This document shows, piece after piece, positions 25,385 to 41,270 of a stretch of 64,000 nucleotides of DNA; the stretch's first letter is position 1; the number at the start of each line of letters is the position of its first letter. A model generated the notes under the pieces. That model saw nothing but the letters and a program-made list of their open reading frames with translations. It was not told the DNA's origin and made no database searches. The DNA is from Octopus vulgaris (taxonomy: Eukaryota), in the NCBI GenBank assembly GCA_951406725.2, contig OX597824.1:48856001-48920000 (forward strand), given 5' to 3'. The translations under genes were made by a program, and so were the position numbers.

Positions 25385-25782
25385 ACTTTTTTTTTCTTCT
25401 TTCAAATTTGCTTCCATTTCTTGCCGAGTGTCTTCCCGACTCCTAGGGCAAAGAAACTCATAGTATACATTGGTAGGCCATTAAACCAAACTCAATAGTT
25501 CGTTCATTTTTTTTTTTTTTTTAAGTTAAATTAAAATACATGAGCAGCAACAATTCTCACATCGACAATGCTCTTCTCAATACGTGTGATGTACCAGTTA
25601 AGACAATCTTTTGCACTTCTTGCAGGGATGGTAAGCCAGGGATCATTCTCATATAATTTTCGGTTCCCTTCTTGATCATTCCTAGTGCTCCTACGATCAC
25701 TGGTATTGTAACCGCCTTGAGATGCCACATTTTCTCAATTTCAATGAGTAGGTCTTTATATTTTCTGAGCTTGTCAAACTCT
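25385..25782 (-). mobile_element. 5'-truncated 3' end of Dong-like element, same family as 18390-21240
   Basis: EFDKLRKYKDLLIEIEKMWHLKAVTIPVIVGALG...VLRRALSM* plus 3' UTR; (TAA)n on both sides. Confidence 0.9.
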
Positions 25783-25792
25783 ATTATTATTA

Positions 25793-25838
<46 letters not shown>

Positions 25839-26313
25839 ACACAAAAAGGCAAAAGTACATGTATTCATACATATCTATCTAGCTATCTGTTTATTTAGTT
25901 TATATATATATACATACATACATACATACATACATACATACATACAAAAATACATACTTACATACGTACAGTAATGCATGCATACACGAATATATCAGAT
26001 CTATTAGACACACTGTTTTTGTGCACATCAATGTCTTAGTAGTGGATATGCGAGTCATGGAATATATGTGTATGTCGTATTTACATATAAAAGCGGTGTT
26101 GCGCGCGCGCGTATGTGTGTGTACATCGATCTTACTCTAATCAGCTTATTCACGATTTTCGTTATTTCCCATAACTTTGTACAACTAAAAAACGAACCAC
26201 TCATTTATGTTGATCTATGCACTTTCGTTCCAGAATATCACTGTGCTCGTGCGTGCGCAGAAAGAGTATATCTCTTCTTTTTTTCTTCTTTCTTTTTTTT
26301 CTTCCTCTGTTAG

Positions 26314-26358
26314 GTGGTTCAGTTTCTGCTTGCATGCAATGTATTTGCTGAATGCAAG
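26314..26358 (+). other. Candidate 45-nt internal exon of an unidentified host transcript
   Basis: Long polypyrimidine tract ending TTAG before it and AAG|GTAACA after it. Length is divisible by 3 and two frames are open (VVQFLLACNVFAECK; WFSFCLHAMYLLNA). No partner exons found. Confidence 0.25.
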
Positions 26359-26613
26359 GTAACACACTGACAGAGCGACCTTCTTGTTTATTGTTCTCGT
26401 TTGGGGCAAGAAAAAGATGAAAAGTTTATATCTTGTGAAGATACATACATATAGAATATATGGCGGCAACAACAACTACACTCTAAAAGGTGTAAAACCA
26501 CACAACAAGTAAAAAAGAAAAATACGTAGAATAAACTAAAACATCAAAAAGAAGGCTTTTTTCAGCAACGAAAATGGAACACAGAATCCGTCGGAAGAAG
26601 AGATTAGTACACA

Positions 26614-26685
<72 letters not shown>

Positions 26686-26916
26686 CGTGCGTGTGTGCGC
26701 GTGCATGCGTGTGTGTATCTATGTATGTGTGTGCGTGTGTGAGTGTGTATGTGTATGTCTGTCTGTGCATGTGTGTGTGTGTGTTGTGCATTTACGTACA
26801 TACATGTATTCATATAATTGTATATATGCATATATACGAATATATATATATACACACATATATATATATATATACATACACACACATATATATGTATTTA
26901 TATATGTATGTATATG

Positions 26917-26981
<65 letters not shown>

Positions 26982-27373
26982 GCATATATATATATACATA
27001 AATGCATATGCGCATAGATACAAACATAAAAGCTCACAAGTAGATATATAACTAGAAAATGTGCGTAGGTATGAGGTATATGCAACTGTAGGTATATGTG
27101 GCTGCTTTGTTTTCTGTATGTATGCATGTGTGTATAAAGGTGTAAGGGGAGGAGCAGTGTTTGTGCGCGCACGTGTAATGTGAGTTATCTTTCAAACACA
27201 GATCTTCAAAGATAAATTGACTTTTTAGAGGAGAAACAAAATTAAAAAGAAAACGAGGAATGGCGGTTGATCGATACAAGAAATAGATTTGTGTTCGTAT
27301 TGGTAATTTGGTGATTTAAACCAAAGACAGTGAATGTTTGTACATGTTGTGTGTGTGTGTGCGCGTGTGTGTG

Positions 27374-27425
<52 letters not shown>

Positions 27426-27699
27426 TGTGTGCGTGCGTGCGTGCGTGTTGTTTGTGTTTCTTCCTGGGTGACTAAAATGTGGAATCAAAACGAAAATTGG
27501 AACCAATAAAAAGTTCTGTCTGGTATCGATAAAAACAATGTCTAGAAACACGAAAAACTCTACTCCTTGGTGTATGTATGTATGTATGTATGTATGTATG
27601 TATGTATGTATGTATGTATCTATGTATGTATGTATGTATGTATGTGTGTATGTATGTATGTATGTATGCATTTATGTATGTATGTTCCCTACTATTTTT

Positions 27700-28300
27700 A
27701 ATTATTTAAATTCTTTCTCTGAGAAACGAGCTTTCTAACAAAGATACAGAACTCCATCGTCGAAATGTAGATAGCAAAAACAATATCACAGTTTTAACAT
27801 GAGAGAAGTTTTGCATATTTTTCCTGTTCCACTTGCCAATTCTGTCTGCGAATCAATTTGTTGATTTCTTTTTCTGAAAAACCCTACCTTATGCAGATTG
27901 TTACTTAGGCATTTACTCACAAAACTAAATGCACCAATTATTATTGGTATAAATATGAATTTATAATCTGGATACAGAAACTGGTGGTTTCAAAGCAGTT
28001 GTCCATAGCTATCCTCTTTCACATGAGCAGCACAGCTGACCTCTGTGACGGTACATAGTTTTTCTTGTCTGTCTCAAGCAACAATACCTGTCCTGTTATG
28101 TTTACACTTGACAAGTGTTTTGATGGAAATGTTCCACCAGTTCTTTTTCTGTTGATGTTTGTGTATGTATTCAATAATAGGGAGGTTCTCTGTATTTATT
28201 TCAGGACAGTCTTTTATTTGAATGGCATTGTATATTGTTTTTGCGCCAACGTTGAAGATATTTTGGGGGCAACTGCTAATCACGTGTGATGTCTTCCACA
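27700..28300 (-). mobile_element. 3' fragment of an RLE retrotransposon (R4/Dong-like, divergent family)
   Basis: SHVISSCP, WWNISIKTLVKCKHNRTGIV, LCTVTEVSCA, LYPDYKFIFIPIIIGAF, SGTGKICKT. Confidence 0.75.
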
Positions 28301-28443
28301 GAAATATGACATAATCTATATATGTATACATATGTATATGTAAGCGTGTTCATACACTCACACACACACACACATATGTATATGTGTATGAATTCTTATT
28401 TTAACTTGTCTGTGACTACCGGAAATGTGAAGCCTTTATAAGT

Positions 28444-28535
28444 TTTCTGCTGATGAAAAGGTATTGCCTTTGGATTTCCTTAATGGATTGTACATTAACG
28501 ATGTGAAGAAGCATCCTTTGAAACAATCATAGAGA
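28444..28535 (+). ncRNA. Degenerate hammerhead-like motif with long stem II
   Basis: TCTG-CTGATGA-AAAGG...CCTTT-GAAAC-AATC-ATA-GAGA. CAATCA is what CpG decay of a palindromic CGATCG would give. Confidence 0.5.
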
Positions 28536-28635
28536 TATACTTGAATGAAACTCTTTTCTGGTTAACTTACACTTTATTTTTAAGGCGGTGGTGGTGGTGG
28601 AGGTTTTGGTGGTGGTTTTGGTGGTGGTGGTGGTG

Positions 28636-30031
28636 GCATTAATTCCACTCTCAAACGAACTGAATAGCACCAGGTATGGGTACAAAATCTATAACACTAT
28701 AATAAACCAGCTGTTTTATATGGATGATCTAAAGCTGTTTGCTAGAAATTACCAAGAGCTAATAGGGCTGCTAGCAACTGTTAAAGAGTTTAGCAATGAC
28801 ATCGGGATGGGTTTCGGCCTCGATAAATATCCTAAAGCAACTTTTGTAAGAGGCAAACTCAGACAAACAGCTTCCATTAAATTAGATACTGACGCTACTA
28901 TCAAGGAACTTGACTCACAAGAAAGTTATTAATACCTGGTAATAAACGAAGGAGATAGTATACAACATGCTACTATAAAGGACAACGTGAATTCCCCACT
29001 GGTAGCATGGGTGTTTCGTTCATCATCCTTAAACAAACCTTATTCAGAGACCTTTTGAGCGACCTGAAGAAAATTCTAACTAGACCCCAACTTCAAGGTC
29101 ATGTGCTGTTTGTCTTGATGTGAGATTATTATGTCGTGCACATATGGCTGTGATGCATGTGCCTGGTGTGCCTTTATCAGACGTGAAGTCATGATGGGCA
29201 TGATGGACTTCGTATATTTATACCCCAGTGTCACTTTGATGACGTGAATTGCTCTCTCATTCAATAATAATGCTAGAGTAGATCTAGACTTCTATGTAGG
29301 TAATAATGAAGAAAGTTTATTAAAAGCTGTTAGACTCATAGCAAGACATAGGAAAGCCAAAACCCCAAACAAAGTTTAAAACCCAGAAAAAATGAACAGA
29401 AATTATCTGACTGAGAGGATAAGGCATTGCATGGTAGATTTCCAAAGAAAGTTGCAGCAAAAAGTAGTAGTAAAGACATGGTTATGGTTGCAGAAAGGAA
29501 AGTTGAAAAGGGATACCGAGAATTTGTTAGTAGCAGCATAGGATCAAGCATTAAGGACTAATTGGATAAAAACCAAGATAGAAAAAACAAATAGATTCTC
29601 AATGTAGGTTATGCAAATCAAAAGAGTAAACCGTTATTCATATAGTAAGTGAATGTAGCATTCTAGTACAGAAAGAATACAAGAAAAGACAAGACAACTT
29701 AGGGAGAGTAATCCACTAGGGGTTATGTAGAAAGCTAGGATTTGAACATACTGATAAATGGTATGAACATGAACCTAGTAAAGTACTAGAAAATATGAAA
29801 TACAAGATGTTGTGGGACTTTAACATTCATACTGACAGAGTAATTGAAGATAGAAAGCTTGATTTATTAGTATTAAATAAAGAGAATGAAAAATGCCAGA
29901 TAATTGACTTTACAGTGCCAAATGATGAAAAAATTAATATGCGAGGTATTGAAAAAATAGCAAAGTACCAGGATCTAGCCATTAAATTACAGAGACTATG
30001 AAAAGTGAGGGGAAAATGTATCCCAGTAGTT
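28636..30031 (+). mobile_element. Old degraded Dong-like element, interrupted at 28990-29271 and cut off at 30031
   Basis: ALIPLSNELN...LFYMDDLKLFA, LHGRF, LWDFNIHTDRVIE, IIDFTVPND...EKIAKYQDLA. Confidence 0.85.
28990..29271 (+). mobile_element. Second copy of the non-coding TAA-tailed repeat
   Basis: Reverse-complement match to 17750-18000; inserted in the Dong-like relic. Confidence 0.65.
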
Positions 30032-32997
<2,966 letters not shown>

Positions 32998-33900
32998 GCG
33001 GTTCTTACCCTAAATGCAAATTCTACGCTACATTTGACGAAACAATAGACCATCTCATCTCGGGATGCCCTGTGCTGACAATAAACGAATACAAAAATCG
33101 CCACGATTGGGTAGGACAGTATTTACATTGGAAAATATATAAACACTACAAAATCAACACCCGTGTTTACTGGTATGAACATCAATCTGAGCCAGTCGTT
33201 GAAGATAAAAATGTCGCTATCCTCTAGGATTTTCCAGTCAACACTGGCCTAGTTATCTAGGCCAATCGACCAGACATAGTCATTAAAGACGAGGAATAAA
33301 ATACTTGTAGACTAATAGATGTAAGTGTTCTCACTGATAAAAATATATCTGTAAAGGAATTTGACAAATTAAGTAAATATAAAGACCTGGAAATTGAAAT
33401 ACAAAAGATGTTCCTGTTATTGTAGGCGCCCTAGGTATGATAATAAAGGGATGTTAAAAACATCTAGATAATATCCCAGGAGAACCACGTTTCAGACAAA
33501 TCTAAAAGATTGTGCTAACAAATACTGCCCACATCTTCGAAAAACCCTATCAATTTAAATGTCTATGCTGTGTTACATGAAGATATTTCGCTACTGCCCC
33601 TGCCACTTCTCCTCCCCAAGCTTTCAGTTATACTTATTTCTTTACTACCCACAAGGGGCTAAACACAGAGAGGACAAACAAGGACAGACAAACGGATTAA
33701 GTCGATTACATCGACCCCAGTGCGTAACTGGTACTTGATTTATCGACCCCGAAAGGATGAAAGGCGAAGTTGACCTCGGCGGAATTTGAACTCAGCCGAG
33801 GTCAACTTCGCCTTTCATCCTTTAACATCTCTTATCCTTCACTCGCCCCAGAACGCTGGGTGTGTCTCGGCAAGTGATTGTAACAAACAGGCAGATTAAG
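32998..33900 (+). mobile_element. 3' fragment of another Dong-like element (CCHC plus RLE)
   Basis: PKCKFYATFDETIDHLISGCPVL, RHDWVGQYLHWKI, NRPDIVI, LIDVSV, DKLSKYKDLEIEIQKM. A SINE is inserted in its 3' UTR. Confidence 0.85.
33633..33823 (-). mobile_element. 5'-truncated Deu/Nin-type SINE ending in a fold-back duplication
   Basis: Matches 12346-12510. 33752-33780 is perfectly inverted at 33795-33823. Confidence 0.88.
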
Positions 33901-34179
33901 AGTAAATAATAATTATAACAAGGTTGCCTTTGGTCATGCTCCCTTTCATAGCCAATGGTAACCTTTCTTTTTTTTCTTTCATTTGATTAGGTAATATAAT
34001 GTAGTCTACCAGCCTGTCAACAATGACCAGCTCTTCATCGGAAAAGTTATGTTCTGATTCCTCGTCCGCAGTTAGGAGTCTCTCAATATATGGTATTTGA
34101 ACCACAATGTCTCTACTTTCAGAGTCATTAACATCAATCCGTCTTATATAGTTATTTTTAGTCTGGGAGATTCTTCATT

Positions 34180-34750
34180 TAATTTTTAAAAAACGATAAA
34201 GAACAAAATAGTGAGAGATGCAAGGAGTTAGCCAAGTCTTGATCAAAATCAGAAATAAGGATAACACCATGGCCAGCAACTTAATGTGTGCTACAGCAGT
34301 TGTAGTAATGGAAAGACTTGGAATAAAGATATTGCAGGAAAAGAAACATCACGGAAAAGGCGATGGCAGGGACGGGTAGACTAGTTGTAAAAAGATCTTG
34401 CGAGGGTAGTGATTCTTTGCAACGGAGATAAAAAGTAGATTCCCTGAAGCAATCCTAAGAAAATACTGACTGAAACAAAAAGGATATAGGAGAGCGATGG
34501 AAGAAGTAAAACAAATGACAAAACTGGAAGCTGCCAAGATCAAGAGAGACATTAACAGAATTGAACAGTGAAAAACAAATAAATTGTTCAAAACAGATCA
34601 GAGTAGATTTTACAAGGAACTAAGTGGAGATGCTACGTTGAACGTAACTTCAAACGAGGAAGGGACAAAGGGATTCTGGAGAAACATTTGGAGTCACGAT
34701 GTGAAACAAAATGGCGATATAGAATGTTTAAAAATAAAGTCAAATAAGAA
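34180..34750 (+). mobile_element. Degraded N-terminal fragment of Dong-like ORF
   Basis: LFKTDQSRFYKELSG...EEGTKGFWRNIWS, homologous to KKFYQELG...VEEFWREIWS at 30110-30200. Confidence 0.7.
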
Positions 34751-35204
34751 CTTCATGGTCTTAGTATATGGATAGAGTTGCTGTGGCTGTTGTTGATGTG
34801 GTTGCTGTTGTCCTTTAACCCCATATCGATAGTCATCGACCACACCGATGATCAAAACAAAGCTTTCCATCTGTGACCACCACTGCTATTTCGGGGGCAT
34901 ATCTAGGCCTACATACTCCAATGTGCCCCAAATTTGTTTTAGACGCTAGCGCACTACTTGACGAAGATTTAACTGCTACATCTAGCAGGTCGAGCGGCCA
35001 GGCAGAAGCCTCCACATAAGTCCTTGTCCTGTGGTAAGTTAACAGGCAGCTCTTCTCATCCATCATGAAGGTTTTGATGCTAACGATCTTACCATTGGCA
35101 GTAGAGAGAAACTGGTGCTTCGTTTGTGATGATATTACCAGAGTATATATTGTTTTAGTAGGCCGTTTTATTTTTTATTTTATCACAGTGAGGGAGAGCT
35201 TTTC

Positions 35205-35450
35205 TGTTTGAAAAACACCCAAAAACTGTTAACTTAAATATATATTATTGGATGTCGAAATTTCCATGCATCACTGGAATCACGTCGGTGACCAAGCTGT
35301 CGTTGGTACGGCGAAAATCCTGACACCATATATAATAAATGTTTAAGTGAAGTCAACCATCTTTTGTGTTTTTGAATGATTAATATGTGTCTTCCAGCTG
35401 TAATTGTTTTAGTTTCAACGAAGGGTCTCAGACCAAAAACTCGCCTGGCA
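35205..35450. mobile_element. Degenerate fold-back element with adjacent hammerhead-like relic
   Basis: Imperfect inverted arms at about 35205-35275 and 35295-35378. Downstream is TCAACGAAGGGTCTCAGACCAAAAACTCGCC, with a GGTC/GACC stem between decayed cores. Confidence 0.35.
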
Positions 35451-35463
35451 AGTAAGTACACCT

Positions 35464-35850
35464 CGGTAAGTGCCCCGATAGGATAGCCCACTTCCCATTT
35501 GAGGGCGGTAGATCTCTAGTCTGCGATGCAACGTGCAGTCACAGGTTCTCCGGCTCCAATCTTGTAGCTCCTGCTGCAAACCTTGGTGTCGCCGCCCGTA
35601 AGTCGGAAGAAAGAAAAATCAGTAAATGTAGCGACCTGACCGGCTGCTATCAGTTTGTGCCGATCGTCGTCGAGACGTCAGGTGTGCTAGGACCCCATAC
35701 TACCAATTTCTTCCATAAAATAGGGATAACGGTGGCCCGTCGGGAAAATGAGCCGCGAGAGGTGGAGTGGCTGCTGCAGTGAGTTTCGTTGGCCATTCTC
35801 CGCTCCAACATCATCACGGTCATTACCGCGTGGCGCAAATGAGCAATCCA
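35464..35850 (+). mobile_element. C-terminal RLE fragment of a CRE-like non-LTR retrotransposon
   Basis: GKCPDRIAHFPFEGGRSLVCDATC...AARKSEERKISKC...FVPIVVETSGVLGP...WLLQ*VSLAILRSN fits the RPDG..WD.T / K..KY / F.P...ET.G / QR.S.A.QRGN pattern. Confidence 0.75.
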
Positions 35851-36478
35851 CTTGTTCTGCAATATGAGGCCCATCACCCCTTTCCCTCCATCTTTCACAG
35901 CTTTTCCCACCCCCACTTTGTTTCTTTTTCTTTCTTATCTCTCTTCTTTCCTGTTTCTGTGAATGTAGATATTTTATTAAAACACAAATGTATATTATCC
36001 GTGTGGGATTTTATTACTTGAAAAGGGGATAAATAAAAAGCATAAGTAAAAGCTAGAATCGTAAGCACGGAACTTTACTGAGCTTGAACAGACTCTTAGA
36101 GGAAACATCAAAGAAAAAATAACATACAGTAAGGAAAAAAAACAGATAAAACTACAACACAGTCGTGTTTTCAACACTACACACTCGCTAATACATACAT
36201 ATGTACAGATACACATATACAAATACACACACACACACACACAAATATGTATCACTTTCTAACTGCTTAATTATGTTTTCTTCTTTTTTTTTTTTTACTT
36301 TCTCTTCCCCAACCAATACATTCACACACTCCTGTCGATATATTATCGATACGTTTTCATTGTAATATGTATGTGTGCGTGTCCCTTTTTAATTTTTTTA
36401 TATAAGTATGCTATTATATATGTATAAATAGTCACACACACGCACACATATATATACATATGCGTGTTTGTTTGTGTC

Positions 36479-36548
<70 letters not shown>

Positions 36549-37199
36549 CTTAGAGAAATGCATGCACACAAATGCATACATACATTTATACCTTTTATAC
36601 ATTCATACACTCACACATATACACACATGCACACGTACACATTTACTTACGTGGATAGATACCGGCACATCAACGTAAATAACGTATATGACAAATTATT
36701 TGCAAGGAGAAAATACGAAGTGCAAAACTAATATTTATTCTGCTCACGTAAACTTTCGAAAGCCTGTTTAATTTCCTTTAAGTCCTGTCTTCACATGAAG
36801 TTCTTAACATCAGATTCATTCACTAATACTCTACGTCGATCATTAGAAGATTCTCAATCGGTAATTTTCTTTCAGAGTGTGTGAACTAAGACCCGTAATG
36901 ATTGAATAAGAATCTCAGCTACCCGGGTTGATAAAGTGTTACTCTGTCAGTTAAATAAATGGCTTTTTCGTATCGCCTCACTGGCTCTCGGTATTATTTA
37001 CAACAAAGAGTCTTAACACTGAGTAGTCCCAGTCAGCGTAACTGTAAGCAAACACCAATCATCAATTAAATGCATGGATCTTCAATAAAGTCAGTGGTAA
37101 AGGTAGTGGAGGGGGACATTCTATAATTGATGAATATCTCACTAACTTGCAATGCTGATATCAAATGTTATCTAAAGTTTAGTACACCCCATCGATTGC

Positions 37200-37965
37200 T
37201 AAAATGCCCTGTGTAATGGTGGAGGATTTCCGTCGTTCGACGATCAGAATTCGAGTTGTTCGATCGACTGATTTGTCAGTTTCTGAATTCACATGTAAAT
37301 GGTTCAGTCATCCACAGAAACATGTATGTATATATGTATGTGTGCATATATACATACATACGTGTGGGGGGGGGGGCATATATACGTACTTATATGTGTG
37401 TGTATATGTATGTGTGTGTGTGCGTGCGAGCGCGTTTACCTTTCTAATAAGTGATATATGACTGTGAGTTGGTAACCAGTCCAATCAGTGACATGCAACA
37501 CCTAATGCTTAAACTTGATGAATCTTGTATGGCCTTTGGGCAAACAATAACGTTAGAAGAAACTATTCTTGTATTTCAACTAGCTTCGAACACATATTAT
37601 GAACCTGAGGTTTTTCTTCAAAACACAAAACTAAATGTTTTGTAGATAAATTTACGTGTCTTGGAATGTGCTGAATCGTTTTTGTTCTTGAGATGATGAA
37701 ATAGCGAACTGTCTTCAAAAAGCATCTCAGGCTTTCAAGAATCTTGAAGGGTGAGCTTTGTCCAATAGAAATATTATCAAAAACACAAAGGTTACAGTGT
37801 ATGCTCTCATCCTTTCTTTATAATATATTAGATAATATATTAGAAGCACCTAAAATTACTCGAACGATTTCATCAGCGATGTTTGCCCTCTGTACTGAAA
37901 ATTAAATGGGTGCATAAAGCACCGGATTCTGAAGCGCTTGAATGTGCTAGTGTGAATGGCATATA

Positions 37966-38007
<42 letters not shown>

Positions 38008-38100
38008 GGTTCATGCAAGAATGGTGTGGATTCGATCCTCGATAGCCAAATTTCACTTAACTGTTCAACAGCACTTCCCTCACGGTAAAACAATAGTTTT
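37200..38100 (+). mobile_element. Degraded RTE-clade LINE (RT C-terminal half)
   Basis: YDCELVTSPISDMQHLM..SCMAFGQTI, DKFTCLG, DDEIANCLQKASQAF, KHLKLLERFHQRCLPSVLKIKW. Confidence 0.75.
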
Positions 38101-38702
38101 TCTGTGAGTGACAGCAGTTATTTTTGCTAGATGCCTTCGCTAAGCAGAATAATGTCTTTACCATTTGACCCTTCTAACCTCTTCTAGGCCACCAAAAGCT
38201 AGAACAGAGATAACAGACCACCAACGAAATTTATTGTTCTCAACAATATGTCTATCCTTCTGGCTGGTTTAGGATAGTTATAAAAACAAGACCGAGTCCG
38301 GCTGACCGGCTGAACAATACGCCGTCTCAAACGGAAGAGGCACAAAGGGACAAATATGGTAACTCACCAACGAAACAGTTGTTTCGTCCCACCACTCTCA
38401 CTTTCACTAACTCACTTCCTTTTCTCTGTAACATTACCATATCTCTCTATATATACTACTATGAGATCGTGTATACACATAACCTTCAAAATGAACTCTT
38501 TTTACCTCGCATGCTTTTCTATTTACTAGTAATATATACCAGCCTGTCGTGGTTTTGGATATATACAAAGTAACGGTAAATAAATATCTCTGTACAACTT
38601 CAATCACTGTTCTTCCATCTTGCATACTGGCAACCAAGACCTCAACAACAACCGTCACAAATGGTAACCGTCGACTGCAACGAAGAACTAACCGCTACAT
38701 GC

Positions 38703-38799
<97 letters not shown>

Positions 38800-38848
38800 T
38801 AGATAGATAGATAGATAGATAGAGAGATAGATAGATAGATAGATAGAG

Positions 38849-38897
<49 letters not shown>
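38703..38897. repeat. (GATA)n microsatellite
   Basis: Direct reading; similar tracts at 46287-46358, 51183-51535 and 57627-57770. Confidence 0.95.
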
Positions 38898-40140
38898 CAG
38901 GGGTTGGACAAAATAATGGAAGCACCTTAAAATTTCAAACAATTTTTTTAATATGGGTAGGACCGCCTATGGCAGTAATTACAGCTTGAATTCTACAAGG
39001 TATGGACTCGTACAAATTTTTAACTGTTTCCAAAGGAATTTTTGTCCATTCTTCAGCTAAAACAGTCTCCAGATCTTGTAGTGATGGTGGTGGAGAATAT
39101 TGACTTCTTACTTGTTTTTCTAAAATGCACCATAAATGTTCAATAATATTGAGGTCTGGGGACTGTGGTGGCCAGATAAGATGTTCAACTTCATTTGAAT
39201 GTTCCTCGTACCATTCAGTAACAACTTTAGCTGTGTGAATTGGTTCATTATCATCCTGAAAGATTGCATTTCCCTCCGGAAACAGTTCTGCAACCATAGG
39301 ATGAATTTGATCAGATAAAATGCTTAAATAGTCTTGACTATTAATTTTGCCATGAAGGGAAGCCATTGGGCCAGCAGATTTCCACCAAATCAACACATAT
39401 CCTCCTCCATGTTTTAACAGTTGGAGGAAGCAGTGTGGGTCAAATGCTTCTTTTGGCTGTCTCCACACGTATACTCGGCCGGTGGTCAGAAATAAGGTAA
39501 AGGAATACTCGTCTGAGAAAAGAACATTCTTTCGCTGCTCTGGGACCAATTCTGTAGGTTTTTATTCTACTCTAAATGCTTTGCAACGTTTGTTTTTTCA
39601 AAATAGTGGTTTTCTGATTGCAGCCTTCCCGTGAAATTTGGCTTCGTGCAGCTCCCGTCGAACATTTTTTGTAGACGCTGGGTTCTCGAGGTGATCGTTA
39701 AGCTCTGCAGTAATTTTGGGAGCTGTACTTTTGTGATCTTTTCGCATAAGAGTCCGACAGTCCCTATCTGAAAGTTTTGGTTTTCTTCCGGAGTTTTGTT
39801 TTGACGAGGAGGTTTTTCCCTTTTTCTCAAAGCCTGGCATTATTTTCGAGACAGTACTTCTTGATACACCAAACATTTTGGCTGTTTTCATTACACTAGC
39901 ACTGCCATACGAGCACCAACAATTTGACCTCTTTGACAGTTCGATACATCTGTCATTTTAATGAATTTTAATTACCTTTTTCTAATGATATCTGAAAAGT
40001 AACAGCCATTTTAGCAAAACGTATTAAGCAACACTAATGATAAATAAAAAAACCAAAATAAACAAGCTTTTGGCGGTTTTATAGATGTTTCAAAATTATG
40101 ATGCTATGATGCGAGGTATTTCCATTATTTTGTCCAGCCC

Positions 40141-40143
<3 letters not shown>
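38898..40143 (-). mobile_element. Full-length Tc1-like DNA transposon (1246 bp, 30-bp TIRs, TA target duplication)
   Basis: Left TIR CAGGGGTTGGACAAAATAATGGAAGCACCT; right TIR (reverse complement) CAGGGGCTGGACAAAATAATGGAAATACCT; TA on both flanks. Confidence 0.95.
38935..39956 (-). pseudogene. Frameshifted Tc1-family transposase, DD36E
   Basis: MTDVSNCQRGQIVGARM..., HTH region AKMFGVSRSTVSK, GRKPKL, VLFSDE, FQDDN(36 residues)E with WPPQSPDLNIIE. Confidence 0.92.
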
Positions 40144-40171
<28 letters not shown>

Positions 40172-40264
40172 ATGTATTATAATACATTATATAAATATAT
40201 ATATATAATGTATTATAATACTATTCCAAGCCATACCAACAATCCAACATACTTCCATCATACT

Positions 40265-40296
<32 letters not shown>

Positions 40297-40391
40297 CACG
40301 TATGTACGCTCTATTTGATATAGGTTATTTCTGTTCAGTGATGAGTACATGCATATATAGAACGACACATCTATGTGTACTTTACTAAACC

Positions 40392-40463
<72 letters not shown>

Positions 40464-41270
40464 GTGCTACAAAACCAAAGTGGAAGTTAGTAAAACAAAA
40501 TATTGTGATACATGGAAAAAAAAAGAATTAAACTTCCGTCTTTATAGTAACGTCGATATAATTACCACAATCATACAAGCCCTTTTCTAAATACTACACT
40601 TCGCTCAAAAACTTTTATGTTTCTTCACATTATGTTTGTAATGTTTTCTTCCGTTTTTTTTGTTTTTGTTTTTGTTTTTTTTTTACAGATATTGTCGAGC
40701 TACGAATAGAATTCCATGGAAACTGCAATGGAAATATGAATAATACGTGAAGTGAAATGCAATGAAAATATGTTCACGTACATATTTACATAATATGAAA
40801 TAACGCTAGTTGCTAATGTAAAAGATATTAGAATACTGACTATATATTTGCGTGTGCATCTATGTGTATGTGCGCGTGTGCGTTTACGTTTTTGCATATA
40901 TAGACATGTGAGTGTATTTGTATTTAAGCATGTCGGAATTCATGCACGTATATGCATATATATTTATATATTATATATGTGTATTCATACATAATACACG
41001 CACATTAATATATTATACCTATATACGTGCATAAAACATACAGATATATGCTTGTATATATATCTATGTGTGTATGTGTGCGTGTGTATGTGTGTACGTG
41101 TGTGTATATTAATGCACATATATGTAATGTATATATGCATATACATGTATGAATTCTTGCATACTTATACTCACACATACATATATAGAGAGAGGGAGAG
41201 AGAGACGTACATACATACATACATACATACATACATACATACATACATACATACATACATACATACATAA

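Noticed and set aside
27898-27947. Apparent + strand exon (TATGCAG...ATTG|GTATAA) in phase with the 26314 candidate
   Set aside because: It lies antisense within an RLE retrotransposon fragment (FIPIIIGAF on the minus strand).
40689-40750. Possible terminal exon after a T-rich acceptor (DIVELRIEFHGNCNGNMNNT*)
   Set aside because: No recognisable homology or linked exons; such acceptor-like sites are common by chance.
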